This document shows, piece by piece, positions 28,429-38,756 of a DNA stretch of 64,000 nucleotides. The DNA is from Alphaproteobacteria bacterium. Lineage in GTDB: Bacteria; Pseudomonadota; Alphaproteobacteria; CALMVH01. A program made the position numbers and the translations under genes. Each line of letters starts with the position of its first letter. Within the stretch, counting starts at the first letter, position 1. The notes under the pieces were generated by a model. The model was given only the letters and a program-made list of their open reading frames with translations, was not told the DNA's origin and did not search any database. Where the stretch lies: the NCBI GenBank assembly GCA_965199265.1, contig CBDAQV010000004.1, forward strand, positions 128,884 to 192,883, in the 5' to 3' direction.

Positions 28429-29777
28429 GGTACCTGCCGCACACCGGTTCGGACCGCGCCGCCATGCTGCGCGCCATCGGCGCGGCGTCCATCGACGAGC
28501 TGTTCCGCGACGTGCCCGAGGCCGCGCGCATCGCCGGGATCGAGGGCCTGCCGGACCATGCGGGCGAGGCGCAGGTCGAGCGCGCCATGGCGCGGCTGGC
28601 GGCGCGCAACGTATCGGCGGGTTCGGTGCCGTTCTTCCTCGGCGCGGGCGCGTACAAGCATCATGTCCCGGCCTCCGTAGACTACCTGATCCAGCGCGGC
28701 GAGTTCCTGACCAGCTATACGCCCTACCAGCCCGAAGTGGCGCAGGGCACGCTGCAGTACCTGTTCGAGTTCCAGACCCAGGTGGCGCTGCTGACCGGCA
28801 TGGAGGTTGCCAACGCCTCGATGTACGACGGCTCGACCGCCTGCGCGGAGGCGGTGGCAATGGCCAACCGGGTGACGAAACGCACCAAGGCCGTGCTGGC
28901 CGGCAACCTGCACCCGCATTACCGCGAGGTGGTTGAGACGCAAGCGCGCTGGACGGGATACGGGGTACAGGCCATCGAACCTGCCCTTCCAGATGCGCAG
29001 CCGATCAATCCTGCGGCCGGCATGGATGCCGACACCTCCTGCCTCGTCGTCCAGTACCCCGGCGTGCTCGGCGATATTCCGGATCTGGCGGCGCTGGCCG
29101 ACGCGGCGCACGCCAAGGGCGCATTGCTTATCGTGGTGGTGACGGAGATCGTCTCCCTCGGCCTGCTGCCGCCGCCCGGCGAGCTTGGCGCGGACATCGT
29201 GGTGGCGGAGGGGCAGAGCCTCGGCAATGGGCTTAACTTCGGTGGCCCTTACATCGGCCTGTTCGCGACGCGCGAGAAGTTCCTGCGCCAGATGCCGGGG
29301 CGTCTGTGCGGGCAGACGGCGGACGCCGACGGCCGGCGTGGTTTCGTTCTGACCCTGTCGACGCGCGAGCAGCACATCCGGCGCGAAAAGGCGACCAGCA
29401 ATATCTGCACCAATTCCGGCCTGTGCGCCTTGGCCTTCACCATTCATTTGTCCCTGCTGGGCGAGGACGGGCTGACCACGCTGGCGCTGCTGAACCATGA
29501 GTCGGCTTGCCTGACGGCGGAGCGGCTGAGCCAGATCCGACGGGTGGAGGTTCTGAACCGGAGCTTCTTCAACGAGTTCACCGTGCGGCTGCCAGGACCT
29601 GCGGCGGCGGTCGTGGACGCGCTGGCGAGGCAGGGCGTGCTGGCGGGCGTACCGCTGTCGCGCCTTTATCCTGACGATCCCGAGTGCGCCGACCTGCTGC
29701 TCGTCGCGTCGACCGAGGCGGTAACCGAAACCGACCGCGAAACCTGCGCGGCGAAGCTCGAAGAGGTGCTGGCATGA
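28425..29777 (+). CDS. gcvPA: glycine dehydrogenase (decarboxylating) subunit 1
   Basis: [23 protein letters not shown]...ASMYDGSTA is the canonical GcvPA region. It overlaps gcvH by 4 nt. Confidence 0.9.
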   Translation: MRYLPHTGSDRAAMLRAIGAASIDELFRDVPEAARIAGIEGLPDHAGEAQVERAMARLAARNVSAGSVPFFLGAGAYKHHVPASVDYLIQRGEFLTSYTPYQPEVAQGTLQYLFEFQTQVALLTGMEVANASMYDGSTACAEAVAMANRVTKRTKAVLAGNLHPHYREVVETQARWTGYGVQAIEPALPDAQPINPAAGMDADTSCLVVQYPGVLGDIPDLAALADAAHAKGALLIVVVTEIVSLGLLPPPGELGADIVVAEGQSLGNGLNFGGPYIGLFATREKFLRQMPGRLCGQTADADGRRGFVLTLSTREQHIRREKATSNICTNSGLCALAFTIHLSLLGEDGLTTLALLNHESACLTAERLSQIRRVEVLNRSFFNEFTVRLPGPAAAVVDALARQGVLAGVPLSRLYPDDPECADLLLVASTEAVTETDRETCAAKLEEVLA

Positions 29778-31285
29778 GCGAAGACATCGTCCTACGCCAC
29801 AAGGCGCTGCAGCTCGAGGAACTCCTGATTTTCGAGCAGGGCGCGGAGGGGCGCTCTGGCGTGGACCTGCCCGCACCCAAGGACATCAAGCCGCGCCTCG
29901 GCTCCGTACGCCCGCGCGGACGCATCGGCCTGCCCGGCCTGTCCGAGCCGCAGGTGGTGCGGCACTACACCCGCCTCAGCCAGAAGAACTACGGCATCGA
30001 TTCCGGGCTGTTCCCGCTCGGCAGCTGCACGATGAAGCACAACCCGCGCCTGAACGAGAAGCTGGCGCGCCTGCCGGGCTTCGGCGACGTCCACCCGCTG
30101 CAGCCCGAATCCACCGTGCAGGGCGCGCTGGAGGTGATGCACATCCTGGCGCACTGGCTGAAGACGCTGACCGGCATGGCGGCGGTGGCTCTGCCGCCCG
30201 CCGCCGGCGCGCATGGCGAGGCGTGCGGCATGATGGCGATCCGCGCCGCGCTGGAGGCACGCGGCGAAAGCGTCGAGAGGCGCGGCCGCGTGCTGGTGCC
30301 GGAATCGGCGCACGGCACCAACCCGGCGACCGCGGCGGCGCTGGGCTACAGCGTCGAGTCCGTGCCGGGCGATGCGCGCGGGCGCATGGATCTGGCGGCG
30401 TTCAAGGCGCGGCTGGGACCGGACGTGGCGGCGATCATGCTGACCAACCCCAACACCTGTGGCCTGTTCGAGAACGACGTGGTCGAGATCGCGCGTCTGG
30501 TCCACGAGGCGGGCGGCTATTTCTACGGCGACGGCGCGAACTTTAACGCCATCGTCGGCCGTGCGCGCCCCGCCGACCTCGGCATCGATGCGATGCACAT
30601 CAACCTGCACAAGACGTTCTCGACCCCGCACGGCGGCGGCGGCCCGGGCAGCGGGCCGGTGGTGTTTTCCGAAGCGCTGGCTCCGTTCGTGCCAGTGCCC
30701 TACGTGGTGCTGGAGGAGGGCCGCTTCCGTCTGGTCGAGGGCGGCGAGGGCCAGTCGTTCGGGCGCGTCAAGGCGTTCCACGGCCAGATGGGCATGTTCG
30801 TCCGCGCGCTGGCCTACATGCTGAGCCACGGCGCCGACGGCCTGCGCCAGGCGTCCAGCGACGCGGTGCTGAACGCCAACTACATCATGGAGAGCCTTTC
30901 GGATGTCATGACGCCCGCCTATCCCGGCCCCTGCATGCACGAGGCTCTGTTCGACGACCGCTTCCTGAAGGACACCGGGATCACCACGCTCGACTTCGCC
31001 AAGGCGATGCTGGACGAGGGCTACCACCCGATGACCGTCTATTTCCCGCTGGTCGCGCACGGCGCGATGCTGGTCGAGCCGACGGAGTCCGAATCGAAGG
31101 AGTCGCTCGACCACTTCATCGCCACGCTGCGCCGGCTGGCCGAGCGGGCGAAGGCGGGAGACTCCGCGCACTTCACCGAGGCCCCCCGTTACACCCCGCG
31201 CCGCCGCCTCGACGAAACCAGCGCCGCGCGGTCGCCTGTGCTGAGGTGGAAACTGCCTGAAAACCAGGCGGAAGCTGCTGAATAG
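29774..31285 (+). CDS. gcvPB: glycine dehydrogenase (decarboxylating) subunit 2
   Basis: The start MSEDIV is at 29774 (ATGA overlap with gcvPA). It carries PLP-lysine motif [18 protein letters not shown]. Confidence 0.9.
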   Translation: MSEDIVLRHKALQLEELLIFEQGAEGRSGVDLPAPKDIKPRLGSVRPRGRIGLPGLSEPQVVRHYTRLSQKNYGIDSGLFPLGSCTMKHNPRLNEKLARLPGFGDVHPLQPESTVQGALEVMHILAHWLKTLTGMAAVALPPAAGAHGEACGMMAIRAALEARGESVERRGRVLVPESAHGTNPATAAALGYSVESVPGDARGRMDLAAFKARLGPDVAAIMLTNPNTCGLFENDVVEIARLVHEAGGYFYGDGANFNAIVGRARPADLGIDAMHINLHKTFSTPHGGGGPGSGPVVFSEALAPFVPVPYVVLEEGRFRLVEGGEGQSFGRVKAFHGQMGMFVRALAYMLSHGADGLRQASSDAVLNANYIMESLSDVMTPAYPGPCMHEALFDDRFLKDTGITTLDFAKAMLDEGYHPMTVYFPLVAHGAMLVEPTESESKESLDHFIATLRRLAERAKAGDSAHFTEAPRYTPRRRLDETSAARSPVLRWKLPENQAEAAE

Positions 31286-31378
31286 GGCAGGAAGTGCGGG
31301 CGTTAAGTGTATATTTTCGAGTGACACTCTCCGACAGTTTTGCTAAAATTGAGGACAGTTGAACAGAAGAGGTTGCTT

Positions 31379-31735
31379 ATGGAAGACAAGCCCGTTCGCA
31401 CTGAGATGATCGTCAAACTGTCCCCTGACATGAACGATATGTTCGAGAGGGCGTCCGATCGAGCGGGTGCTCCCGATACTCGGGATTTCATGGTACTGAT
31501 CCTGCAGGCTGGTCTGGACGCGGTAAACGATGTCGTGAGCGGAAGACCGGCAACCAAACTCAAGCTCCCCGACAACTTCATTCCCCAGTCGTGGATGGGA
31601 TCGGAGTTCAAGGACGAGAAACGCTTTGCCGAAATGATGGAAAGCAAGACCGGTGTCCGGATTGCCACCGACTCCCTGCACGAAACGCTCGCCCGGCCCG
31701 TAACCTCCGGCATGGACGGCGCGCAGCCGGCCTGA
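31379..31735 (+). CDS. hypothetical protein with predicted ribbon-helix-helix-like N-terminus (possible regulator of the downstream R-M gene)
   Basis: A GAGG RBS precedes the ATG at 31379. The segment TEMIVKLSPDMNDMFERASDRAGAPDTRDFMVLILQAGLDAV suggests a beta-strand plus two helices. GC is lower (~55%). It lies 48 nt upstream of the MmeI-like gene. Confidence 0.4.
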   Translation: MEDKPVRTEMIVKLSPDMNDMFERASDRAGAPDTRDFMVLILQAGLDAVNDVVSGRPATKLKLPDNFIPQSWMGSEFKDEKRFAEMMESKTGVRIATDSLHETLARPVTSGMDGAQPA

Positions 31736-31783
31736 GACGGGGCGGCTCTGGAAAGCGAAAACGCAAACCGCTACAACCACCGT

Positions 31784-34642
31784 GTGACTCCGGACTATTT
31801 CATCCGCAAGTGGAAAGCCGCGACCCTGTCCGAACGGGCGGGGGCGCATTCGCATTTCCACGATCTGTGCGCGCTGCTTGACGAGGCGACGCCCAGCGAA
31901 AGCGATCCCACGGGGGCGACCTATGCCTTTGAGAAAGGCGTGACCAAGACCACCGGCGGCGATGGCTGGGCCGACGTGTGGAAGCGCGGCTGCTTCGCGT
32001 GGGAATACAAGGGCAAGGGCAAGGACCTGCAGGCAGCCTACGCGCAATTGCAGCGCTACGCCGTCGCGCTGGAGAATCCGCCTTTGCTGATCGTCTCGGA
32101 CATCGACAGTATCGAGATTCACACCAACTGGACCAACACGGTCCGCCAGATACACCGCATCACCCTGGACGATCTGGCGGACGCGAAGGAGCGCCAGAAA
32201 CTGAAATGGGCGTTCAGCGATCCCGACCGGCTGAAGCCGGGCGAAACGCGGCAGGGCCTGACGGAGAAAGCGGCGGAGCAGTTCGCCAGCCTCGCGCAGC
32301 GCCTCAGGGCGCGCGGCTACGAGGCCCCGCGCGTCGCGCACTTCGTCAACCGGCTGGTGTTCTGCATGTTCGCGGAGGATGTCGGCCTGCTGCCGGACAA
32401 GCTGTTCATCAAGCTGATGCAGGCAGGCGCAAAGAACCCTGCGGCGTTCGAGCAACTGGCGCGCGGCCTGTTCGGCGCGATGCGCGGCGGCGGCTTCCTC
32501 GGCCTCGACCCGGTGCCATGGTTCAACGGCGGGCTGTTCGACGACGACGACGCGTTGCCGCTCGACCGGCACGACCTGGAACAGACGCTGGCGGCGGCGC
32601 GGCTCGATTGGGCCGAAATCGACCCTTCCATCCTCGGTACCCTGTTCGAGCGCGGGCTGGACCCCGACAAGCGCAGCCAGCTCGGCGCGCACTACACCGA
32701 CCGCGACAAGATCATGCTGATCGTGGAGCCGGTGATCGTCCGCCCGCTGGCGCGCGAGTGGGAAGACGCCAGGGCCGAGGCGCAAGCCTTGCTGGACCGG
32801 GCCGAGGCGGCGAAATCGCCCGCCGCGCGCACCAAAGCGCGCAAGGAGGCGGAGGCCGTCTGCATCCGCTACCTCGAACGGCTGAAGAATTTCCGCGTCC
32901 TCGACCCCGCCTGCGGCTCGGGCAATTTCCTGTACCTGGCGCTGCTGGCGCTGAAAGACATCGAGCACCGCGCCAATCTGGAATCCGAGGCCATGGGCTT
33001 GCCCCGCCGCCTTATCATCGGTGTCGGACCCGAAAACCTGCTGGGGATCGAGATCAACCCCTACGCCGCCGAACTGGCGCGCGTGTCGGTGTGGATCGGC
33101 GAAATCCAGTGGATGCTGCGCCACAATTACGGCACCTCGCGCGACCCGATCCTGCGCTCCCTCAACACCATCGAATGCCGCGACGCCCTGCTGAACCCGG
33201 ACGGCACGGAAGCACAGTGGCCGAGGGCGGACGTGATCGTGGGAAATCCGCCGTTCCTGGGTGGGAAGCGCATGCGTTCATCGCTTGGGGATGGCTATTG
33301 CGCCACGCTCTTCAGCATATATGCGAAGCGAGTTCCCGCCGAGGCAGACCTTGTCTGTTACTGGTTTGCCAAGTCGCGCGAAGCGCAACAAAACGGATTG
33401 CTGAAGCGCGCCGGACTGGTCGCCACGAACAGCATTCGCGGCGGTGCGAACCGTGACTGTCTTGAGCGCATCGTTGCAGCCGGGAGCATTTCCGCCGCAT
33501 GGAGCGATGAGCCGTGGGTTCTGAACGGCGCTGCCGTGCGCGTGTCCCTCGTCTGCTTTGATCCGAAGCCTGGCGAAAGCGCCATGCTGAATGGCAAGCC
33601 TGTTACCGTGATTCGCAGCGATCTGACTGCCAACGCCTCCGACCTTACGACTGCGCGACAACTCGCCTCCAACCGGAGTGTCGCTTTCATGGGCGATACC
33701 AAAGGGGGAGCATTCGACATTCCCGGCGAGCTTGCTCGTGAATGGCTGCAATTGCCCGCGAATCCGAACGGCAGGCCGAACAGTGATGTGATAAAGCCAT
33801 GGGCAAATGGCATGACTGTTACCCGGCGTCCTGCGGATATGTGGGTTGTTGATTTCGGCTGGACCATGAGCGAGGCAGAAGCCTCATTTTATTCGGCTCC
33901 ATTTGCCTATGTGGCAGATTGCGTTAAGCCGGAACGTCTGAAAAATAACCGGGAAGCGTACGCAAAGTTCTGGTGGCGGCATGTTGAACCGCGACCAGGA
34001 ATGCTTGCTAAGTTTCAAATTGTAAAACGTTTCATAGTGACAACTCGTGTAGCGAAGCACCGGACGTTCGTTTGGATGAGCTTACCGACACTTCCCGATA
34101 GCGCAGTAATTGCTATAGCCCGCGACGACGATACGAGTTTCGGCATCCTGCACAGCCGGTTTCATGAATTGTGGTCATTGGGCCTGTGCACATGGCTTGG
34201 CGTTGGGAACGATCCGCGCTACACGCCCCGAACGACGTTCGAGACATTCCCCTTCCCGCCGGGGCTGGAGCCGCACGTGCCTGCCGCCCTCTATGCCGAC
34301 GACCCGAGGGCGCAGGCGATTGCCGAGGCCGCGCGCACATTGGTCGAGGCGCGGGACCGTTGGCTGAACCCGCCCGAACTGATCGACATCGTGCCGGAAG
34401 TCGTGCCCGGCTACCCCGACCGCATCGTGCCCCGCGACGCGCGCGCCGCCGCGATCCTAAAAACCCGCACCCTCACCAACCTCTACAACACGCGCGGCAA
34501 ACCCGAAGGCGCATGGCTGGACCACCTGCACCACGACCTCGACTCAGCCGTAGCCGCCGCCTACGGCTGGCCCGCCGACCTGCCCGACGAGGACGTGCTG
34601 GCGCGGTTATTGGAGATGAATTTGGGAAAGCACATCTCCTGA
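31784..34642 (+). CDS. MmeI-family Type IIL restriction-modification enzyme (single polypeptide: N-terminal D-X9-E-X-K endonuclease, gamma-class N6-adenine methyltransferase with NPPF motif, C-terminal TRD)
   Basis: It aligns with MmeI blocks I recall: GWADVWKRGCFAWEYKGKGKDL (D-X9-EYK), VNRLVFCMFAEDVGLL, QLGAHYTDRDKI, VLDPACGSGNFLYLAL (motif I) and VIVGNPPFLGG (motif IV). GC drops from ~64% to ~52% over the TRD portion (33250-34200). Confidence 0.8.
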   Translation: MTPDYFIRKWKAATLSERAGAHSHFHDLCALLDEATPSESDPTGATYAFEKGVTKTTGGDGWADVWKRGCFAWEYKGKGKDLQAAYAQLQRYAVALENPPLLIVSDIDSIEIHTNWTNTVRQIHRITLDDLADAKERQKLKWAFSDPDRLKPGETRQGLTEKAAEQFASLAQRLRARGYEAPRVAHFVNRLVFCMFAEDVGLLPDKLFIKLMQAGAKNPAAFEQLARGLFGAMRGGGFLGLDPVPWFNGGLFDDDDALPLDRHDLEQTLAAARLDWAEIDPSILGTLFERGLDPDKRSQLGAHYTDRDKIMLIVEPVIVRPLAREWEDARAEAQALLDRAEAAKSPAARTKARKEAEAVCIRYLERLKNFRVLDPACGSGNFLYLALLALKDIEHRANLESEAMGLPRRLIIGVGPENLLGIEINPYAAELARVSVWIGEIQWMLRHNYGTSRDPILRSLNTIECRDALLNPDGTEAQWPRADVIVGNPPFLGGKRMRSSLGDGYCATLFSIYAKRVPAEADLVCYWFAKSREAQQNGLLKRAGLVATNSIRGGANRDCLERIVAAGSISAAWSDEPWVLNGAAVRVSLVCFDPKPGESAMLNGKPVTVIRSDLTANASDLTTARQLASNRSVAFMGDTKGGAFDIPGELAREWLQLPANPNGRPNSDVIKPWANGMTVTRRPADMWVVDFGWTMSEAEASFYSAPFAYVADCVKPERLKNNREAYAKFWWRHVEPRPGMLAKFQIVKRFIVTTRVAKHRTFVWMSLPTLPDSAVIAIARDDDTSFGILHSRFHELWSLGLCTWLGVGNDPRYTPRTTFETFPFPPGLEPHVPAALYADDPRAQAIAEAARTLVEARDRWLNPPELIDIVPEVVPGYPDRIVPRDARAAAILKTRTLTNLYNTRGKPEGAWLDHLHHDLDSAVAAAYGWPADLPDEDVLARLLEMNLGKHIS

Positions 34643-35403
34643 TGCCCGGATCATTGGGCATTCTTGAAGACGCGCTAGGAAGCGTAGGCTGGTTTATACC
34701 TCCATACGTTTCAAACGGTTTCCTACATCAAGCTGCGGGAGTTATCATACAAGAGTCTGGTACGTTTACCCAGACCAATTTGGAGCGCATCCTTCGTATA
34801 ATTTACGATCCACGCCGTCTGGCGGCGATGGTGACGATTAGATATCCCATTACACCAGTCATCCAAGATTATAAGATTATAATAGGCGAGTCTATTAAGG
34901 CACATTTTCTTGGACTCGATCATATTGCCGCAGCAGGCCTCATGCCTGTAATTGAGGGTGTTGGTCGGCAGCTCGCAATTGAAAGGACTATACCAAACGT
35001 GTCTCGCAAAACTTCTCCGGGAAAAATTATAACTCTTTTATGTGAGGACATTACAAAAGAGGCTTCATCTAAAAATATAGGAGATGTGAAAGAAATAGAG
35101 TCGATGATGAGTGCGTTCTCAGCTTTTTCAAAACAGTACATGTACGAGGAATCCGAAAATTACAAGCTGCCTGATCGTACAAACAGACATGGAATAGTCC
35201 ATGGGCGCTATAAAGATAAGGACTATGGATCTCCAATAAACTTCTACAAGTCTATAAACGCAGTAGATATGCTGACATACATGGCTTCTTTCCGAGGGCG
35301 GATGTTTTGCTTTGCGCCAGACTCTACCCCAGAGTCAGACTCTCTTGCAGAGTACTATCTTATTCTAAATAAAATTGCGGCGCTGCGGCCTGATACAATG
35401 TAA
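34642..35403 (+). CDS. hypothetical protein, low GC (~45%), translationally coupled to the MmeI-family gene; contains R-x4-H-G motif (NRHGIVHGRY) compatible with a HEPN-like RNase
   Basis: The ATG at 34642 overlaps the upstream TGA (TGATG). The 253-aa ORF has strongly AT-biased codon usage unlike the host. A terminator-like hairpin follows. Confidence 0.5.
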   Translation: MPGSLGILEDALGSVGWFIPPYVSNGFLHQAAGVIIQESGTFTQTNLERILRIIYDPRRLAAMVTIRYPITPVIQDYKIIIGESIKAHFLGLDHIAAAGLMPVIEGVGRQLAIERTIPNVSRKTSPGKIITLLCEDITKEASSKNIGDVKEIESMMSAFSAFSKQYMYEESENYKLPDRTNRHGIVHGRYKDKDYGSPINFYKSINAVDMLTYMASFRGRMFCFAPDSTPESDSLAEYYLILNKIAALRPDTM

Positions 35404-35428
35404 GGCTTTGTCCTTGCCCGATCCCGGC

Positions 35429-35455
35429 TCGCGAGCTGCGCTCGCGTTTGGGGTG
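35429..35455 (+). terminator. candidate rho-independent terminator (CGCGAGC-TGC-GCTCGCG followed by TTTGGGG)
   Basis: A 7-bp perfect stem with a 3-nt loop and a T-rich tail lies immediately after the low-GC gene stop. Confidence 0.35.
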
Positions 35456-35481
35456 ACGAAGTAACTTTAAGGTGCGCCCCC

Positions 35482-35643
35482 TTACCCCGTCATCAGCTCG
35501 TTATGCAGGAACACCCCGACCGAGCCGTCGCTGAACTGCACCTTGACGCGGCCGTCGTCGTAGACCTCGACCACCTGGGCCTGTTCCTGCGCGCCGGTGG
35601 CGGGGTTGTTGGCGTGGACGGTTTCGCCGGGGAAATCTGACAT
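35482..35643 (-). CDS. small hypothetical protein (53 aa; MSDFPGETVHANNPATGAQEQAQVVEVYDDGRVKVQFSDGSVGVFLHNELMTG)
   Basis: This short ORF is not in the ORF track (<60 aa). It shows host-like GC3 bias, but I recognise no family. Confidence 0.3.
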   Translation of the reverse strand: MSDFPGETVHANNPATGAQEQAQVVEVYDDGRVKVQFSDGSVGVFLHNELMTG

Positions 35644-35761
35644 GGATTGTGCCTTTCACAGGGTGTGTGGACTCAAACACCTAACTCAGGTGCATGGGCT
35701 CGTTTTCGTTGTTTTCGCCGTGTCTGGCGCGGTCGGGCGCTGCCCGCGCCCACGCCCGCGC

Positions 35762-36667
35762 CTACTCCGCCGCGGCCTCGACCTTGCCCGGGTCGCCCTT
35801 GACCAGCGCCTCGTAGTCGGCGCGCAGGGTGCGGGTGACGGGGCCGACGGTGTAGCGCAAATCCTCGCCGATCTGGCCGATCGCGGTCACCTCGGCGGCG
35901 CTGCCGGTCAGGAAGCACTCGTCGGCGGTCTTCAACTCGTCCGGCCCGATGTGGCGCTCGACCACCTCGATGCCGCGGCCGCGCGCCAGCTCGATGATCT
36001 TCTGCCGCGTCAGCCCGTTCAGGAAGCAGTCGGGGGTGGGCGTGTGCAGCGTGCCGTCCCTGACCATGAAGAAGTTCGCGCCCGTCGCCTCCGCCACGAA
36101 GCCGCGGTAGTCCAGCATCAGCGCGTCCTGCGCGCCCGCAGCCTCCGCCGCGCCCTTGGACATGGTGCAGATCATGTACAGCCCCGCCGCCTTGGCCTCG
36201 GTCGGCGCGCACTCCGGAGCGGGGCGGCGCCAGGGCGCGTGGATCATGCGGATCCCCTTCTCGCGCAGCTCGGCCGAGTAGTAGCTCGGCCACTCCCACG
36301 CGCCGATGGCGACGTGGATGCTTGTGTGCTGCGGCGATACGCCCAGCGCCTCGGCCCCGCGCCACGCCACCGGGCGGACATAAGCGTTGACCAGCTTGTT
36401 CGCGGCGACCACCGCCAGGCACGCCGCGTCCAGCTCGTCGTCGCCGTAGGGCAGGTCGAAGCCCATGATCGCCGCCGAGCGGCGCAGGCGCTGAGTGTGC
36501 TCGCGCAGCTTGAAGATACGGCCGTTATAGGTGCGCTGGCCCTCGAACACGCTTGACCCGTAGTGCAGCCCGTGCGTCAGGACGTGCACTTTCGCCTCCC
36601 GCCACGGCACCATCTTGCCGTCCAGCCAGATCGTGCCGTCGCGGTCTTCCAGCGGTGTCCAGTCCAT
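35762..36667 (-). CDS. ilvE: branched-chain-amino-acid aminotransferase
   Basis: MDWTPLEDRDGTIWLDGKMVPWREAKVHVLTHGLHYGSSVFEG...ECFLTGSAAEV are class IV aminotransferase motifs. The start is at the internal ATG at 36667. Confidence 0.85.
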   Translation of the reverse strand: MDWTPLEDRDGTIWLDGKMVPWREAKVHVLTHGLHYGSSVFEGQRTYNGRIFKLREHTQRLRRSAAIMGFDLPYGDDELDAACLAVVAANKLVNAYVRPVAWRGAEALGVSPQHTSIHVAIGAWEWPSYYSAELREKGIRMIHAPWRRPAPECAPTEAKAAGLYMICTMSKGAAEAAGAQDALMLDYRGFVAEATGANFFMVRDGTLHTPTPDCFLNGLTRQKIIELARGRGIEVVERHIGPDELKTADECFLTGSAAEVTAIGQIGEDLRYTVGPVTRTLRADYEALVKGDPGKVEAAAE

Positions 36668-36735
36668 GCGAGCGTTCTCCCTTTCCGTCCGTGCGTCGCT
36701 GATAGTATGAAGAAGCATGCACCTCGTCAAAGCTC

Positions 36736-37422
36736 ATGACTGACGAACCGCCAAACATCCTGGTGGTGGACGACGACGACCGGCTGCGCGACCTGCTGCG
36801 CCGCTACCTGACGGGACAGGGCCATGTGGTGATAACGGCCAGGGATGCCGCCGACGCCGCCGCCAAGCTGGCGCATGTCGAGGTCGACCTCATCGTGCTC
36901 GACGTCATGATGCCAGGCATGAACGGGCTGGAGTTCACCGCGCAGCTGCGCGCCACCAGCCAGGTGCCGATCCTGCTGCTGACCGCGCGCGGGCAGGCGG
37001 ACGACCGCATCGCCGGGCTGGAAGCGGGCGCGGACGACTACCTTGCCAAACCCTTCGAGCCGCGTGAGCTGCTGCTGCGCATCGCCGCCGTCCTGCGCCG
37101 CGCGCCCGCCGCCACGCCCCGGTCCTCGATCGTCCGCCTGGGCCGCTGGATACTGGATCCCGAGCGCGGCGAGCTGCGCGGCGAGACTGGAGCAGGGCAG
37201 AAACTGACGGATGTCGAGGCCAGCCTGCTGGCGGTGCTCGCCGCGGCGCCGGGACAGATCTTCAGCCGCGACGACCTGTCCGCGCGCAGCCGGATCGCCG
37301 TCGCGCCGCGCAGCGTCGACGTGCAGGTGGTGCGCCTGCGCCGCAAGATCGAGGACGACCCGCGCCAGCCCCGCTACCTGCAGACGGTGCGCGGCGAGGG
37401 CTATGTGTTGAGGCCCGATTGA
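36736..37422 (+). CDS. chvI: OmpR-family response regulator ChvI
   Basis: It has a receiver domain (ILVVDDDDRLRDLLRRYL...LDVMMPGMNGLEF) and a winged-helix C-terminus (IEDDPRQPRYLQTVRGEGYVL) highly similar to ChvI. Confidence 0.85.
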   Translation: MTDEPPNILVVDDDDRLRDLLRRYLTGQGHVVITARDAADAAAKLAHVEVDLIVLDVMMPGMNGLEFTAQLRATSQVPILLLTARGQADDRIAGLEAGADDYLAKPFEPRELLLRIAAVLRRAPAATPRSSIVRLGRWILDPERGELRGETGAGQKLTDVEASLLAVLAAAPGQIFSRDDLSARSRIAVAPRSVDVQVVRLRRKIEDDPRQPRYLQTVRGEGYVLRPD

Positions 37423-38756
37423 GGGGCCCGGCGCTCCGGAGCGGCGTCAAGGTCAAGCGCCTGCTGCCGCGCACCCTGTTCGGCCGCTCGCTGCTGATCA
37501 TCCTGCTGCCCGTGCTGCTGGTGCAGATGATCACGACCTACTTCTTCTTCGACCGGCACTGGAGCGTGGTGACAAGGCGCCTGTCCTCCGCCGTCGCGGG
37601 CGAGATGGCGACGGTGGCGGAGGAAATCGAGCATATCCCGAGCGTCGCCACGCGCGAGGAAGTGCTGAACCGCCAGTCGCAAACGCTGGACATGCAGCTG
37701 ACCTACGCTCCCGGCGCCAGGCTGCCCGTGCCCGAGCAGCCGGAGTCGAACCGGCAACTGGTGCAGACGCTCGAAAACGCGATGATCGAGCTGGTGCATC
37801 GCCCGTTCGTCGTCCTTGTGTACGAACAGGGCGACTGGATCGGCATCCAGGTGCAGCTGGATCACGGCATTTTGAAAGCGATCGTCCCCGAGCGCCGGCT
37901 GTTTGCGCGGGCCACGTATATTTTTCTTCTCTGGATGTTGGGCTCCTCGATCGTGCTGAGCGGCATCGCGCTTCTGTTCATGCGCAACCAGATCCGGCCT
38001 ATCCGCCGCCTTGCCTTGGCGGCGGAAGGTTTCGGCAAGGGCCGCGACGTGCCGCGCTTCAAGCCCGAAGGCGCGTCCGAGGTGCGGCAGGCAGCCGCCG
38101 CGTTCCTGGAAATGCGCGACCGGATCCGTCGCCAGATGACGCAGCGCACGGCGATGCTGGCCGGCGTCAGCCACGATCTGCGCACGCCGATCACGCGAAT
38201 GAAACTGCAACTGGCGTTGATGGGCGACACGCCCGACAACGACGCGTTGCGCGGCGACCTGGCCGAGATGGAGGCGATGGTTGAGGGCTACCTCGCCTTC
38301 GCGCGCGGCGAGGAGGAGGAGAGCGCGACCACGACGGACATCGCCGCGCTGGTCGAGGAGGTCGCGACGGGCGTCAAGCGCAGTGAGGGCTCGATCGCGG
38401 TCCGGATCGAGGCGCGGCCGATGCTGGTCGCGCGGCGCATGGCGCTCAAGCGCTGCCTTGCCAACCTGCTGGAAAATGCCCGGCGCTACGCCACGCATAC
38501 CGAGGTGACCGTTCGGCTGGACGAGTCCGGCATCGAGATCGTAGTCGACGATGACGGGCCCGGCATACCCGAGATCCACCGCGGCGACGTCTTCCGCCCA
38601 TTCTACCGGCTCGAGGAGTCACGCAACCAGAACACGGGCGGCAGCGGCCTCGGCCTGCCCATTGCGCGCGACATCGCCCGCAGCCATGGCGGCGACGTGC
38701 TGCTAAGCCAGAACTCCAAAGGGGGGCTGCGGGTCACCGTCAGGCTACCCGCGTGA
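37419..38756 (+). CDS. sensor histidine kinase, ChvG/ExoS-like (short form)
   Basis: It has two TM segments, HAMP, an H-box (LAGVSHDLRTPITRM), and N/G1/G2 boxes (NLLENARRY, DDDGPGIP, GGSGLGLPIA). It overlaps chvI by 4 nt. Confidence 0.8.
   Translation: MRGPALRSGVKVKRLLPRTLFGRSLLIILLPVLLVQMITTYFFFDRHWSVVTRRLSSAVAGEMATVAEEIEHIPSVATREEVLNRQSQTLDMQLTYAPGARLPVPEQPESNRQLVQTLENAMIELVHRPFVVLVYEQGDWIGIQVQLDHGILKAIVPERRLFARATYIFLLWMLGSSIVLSGIALLFMRNQIRPIRRLALAAEGFGKGRDVPRFKPEGASEVRQAAAAFLEMRDRIRRQMTQRTAMLAGVSHDLRTPITRMKLQLALMGDTPDNDALRGDLAEMEAMVEGYLAFARGEEEESATTTDIAALVEEVATGVKRSEGSIAVRIEARPMLVARRMALKRCLANLLENARRYATHTEVTVRLDESGIEIVVDDDGPGIPEIHRGDVFRPFYRLEESRNQNTGGSGLGLPIARDIARSHGGDVLLSQNSKGGLRVTVRLPA

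Noticed and set aside
31784-34642. Interpreting the MmeI-like methyltransferase as BREX PglX
   Set aside because: PglX is related to MmeI but is larger (~1200 aa) and sits in a brxA/B/C-pglX-pglZ-brxL cluster. None of those genes is present, and the D-X9-E-X-K nuclease motif is intact, which favours a stand-alone Type IIL R-M enzyme.
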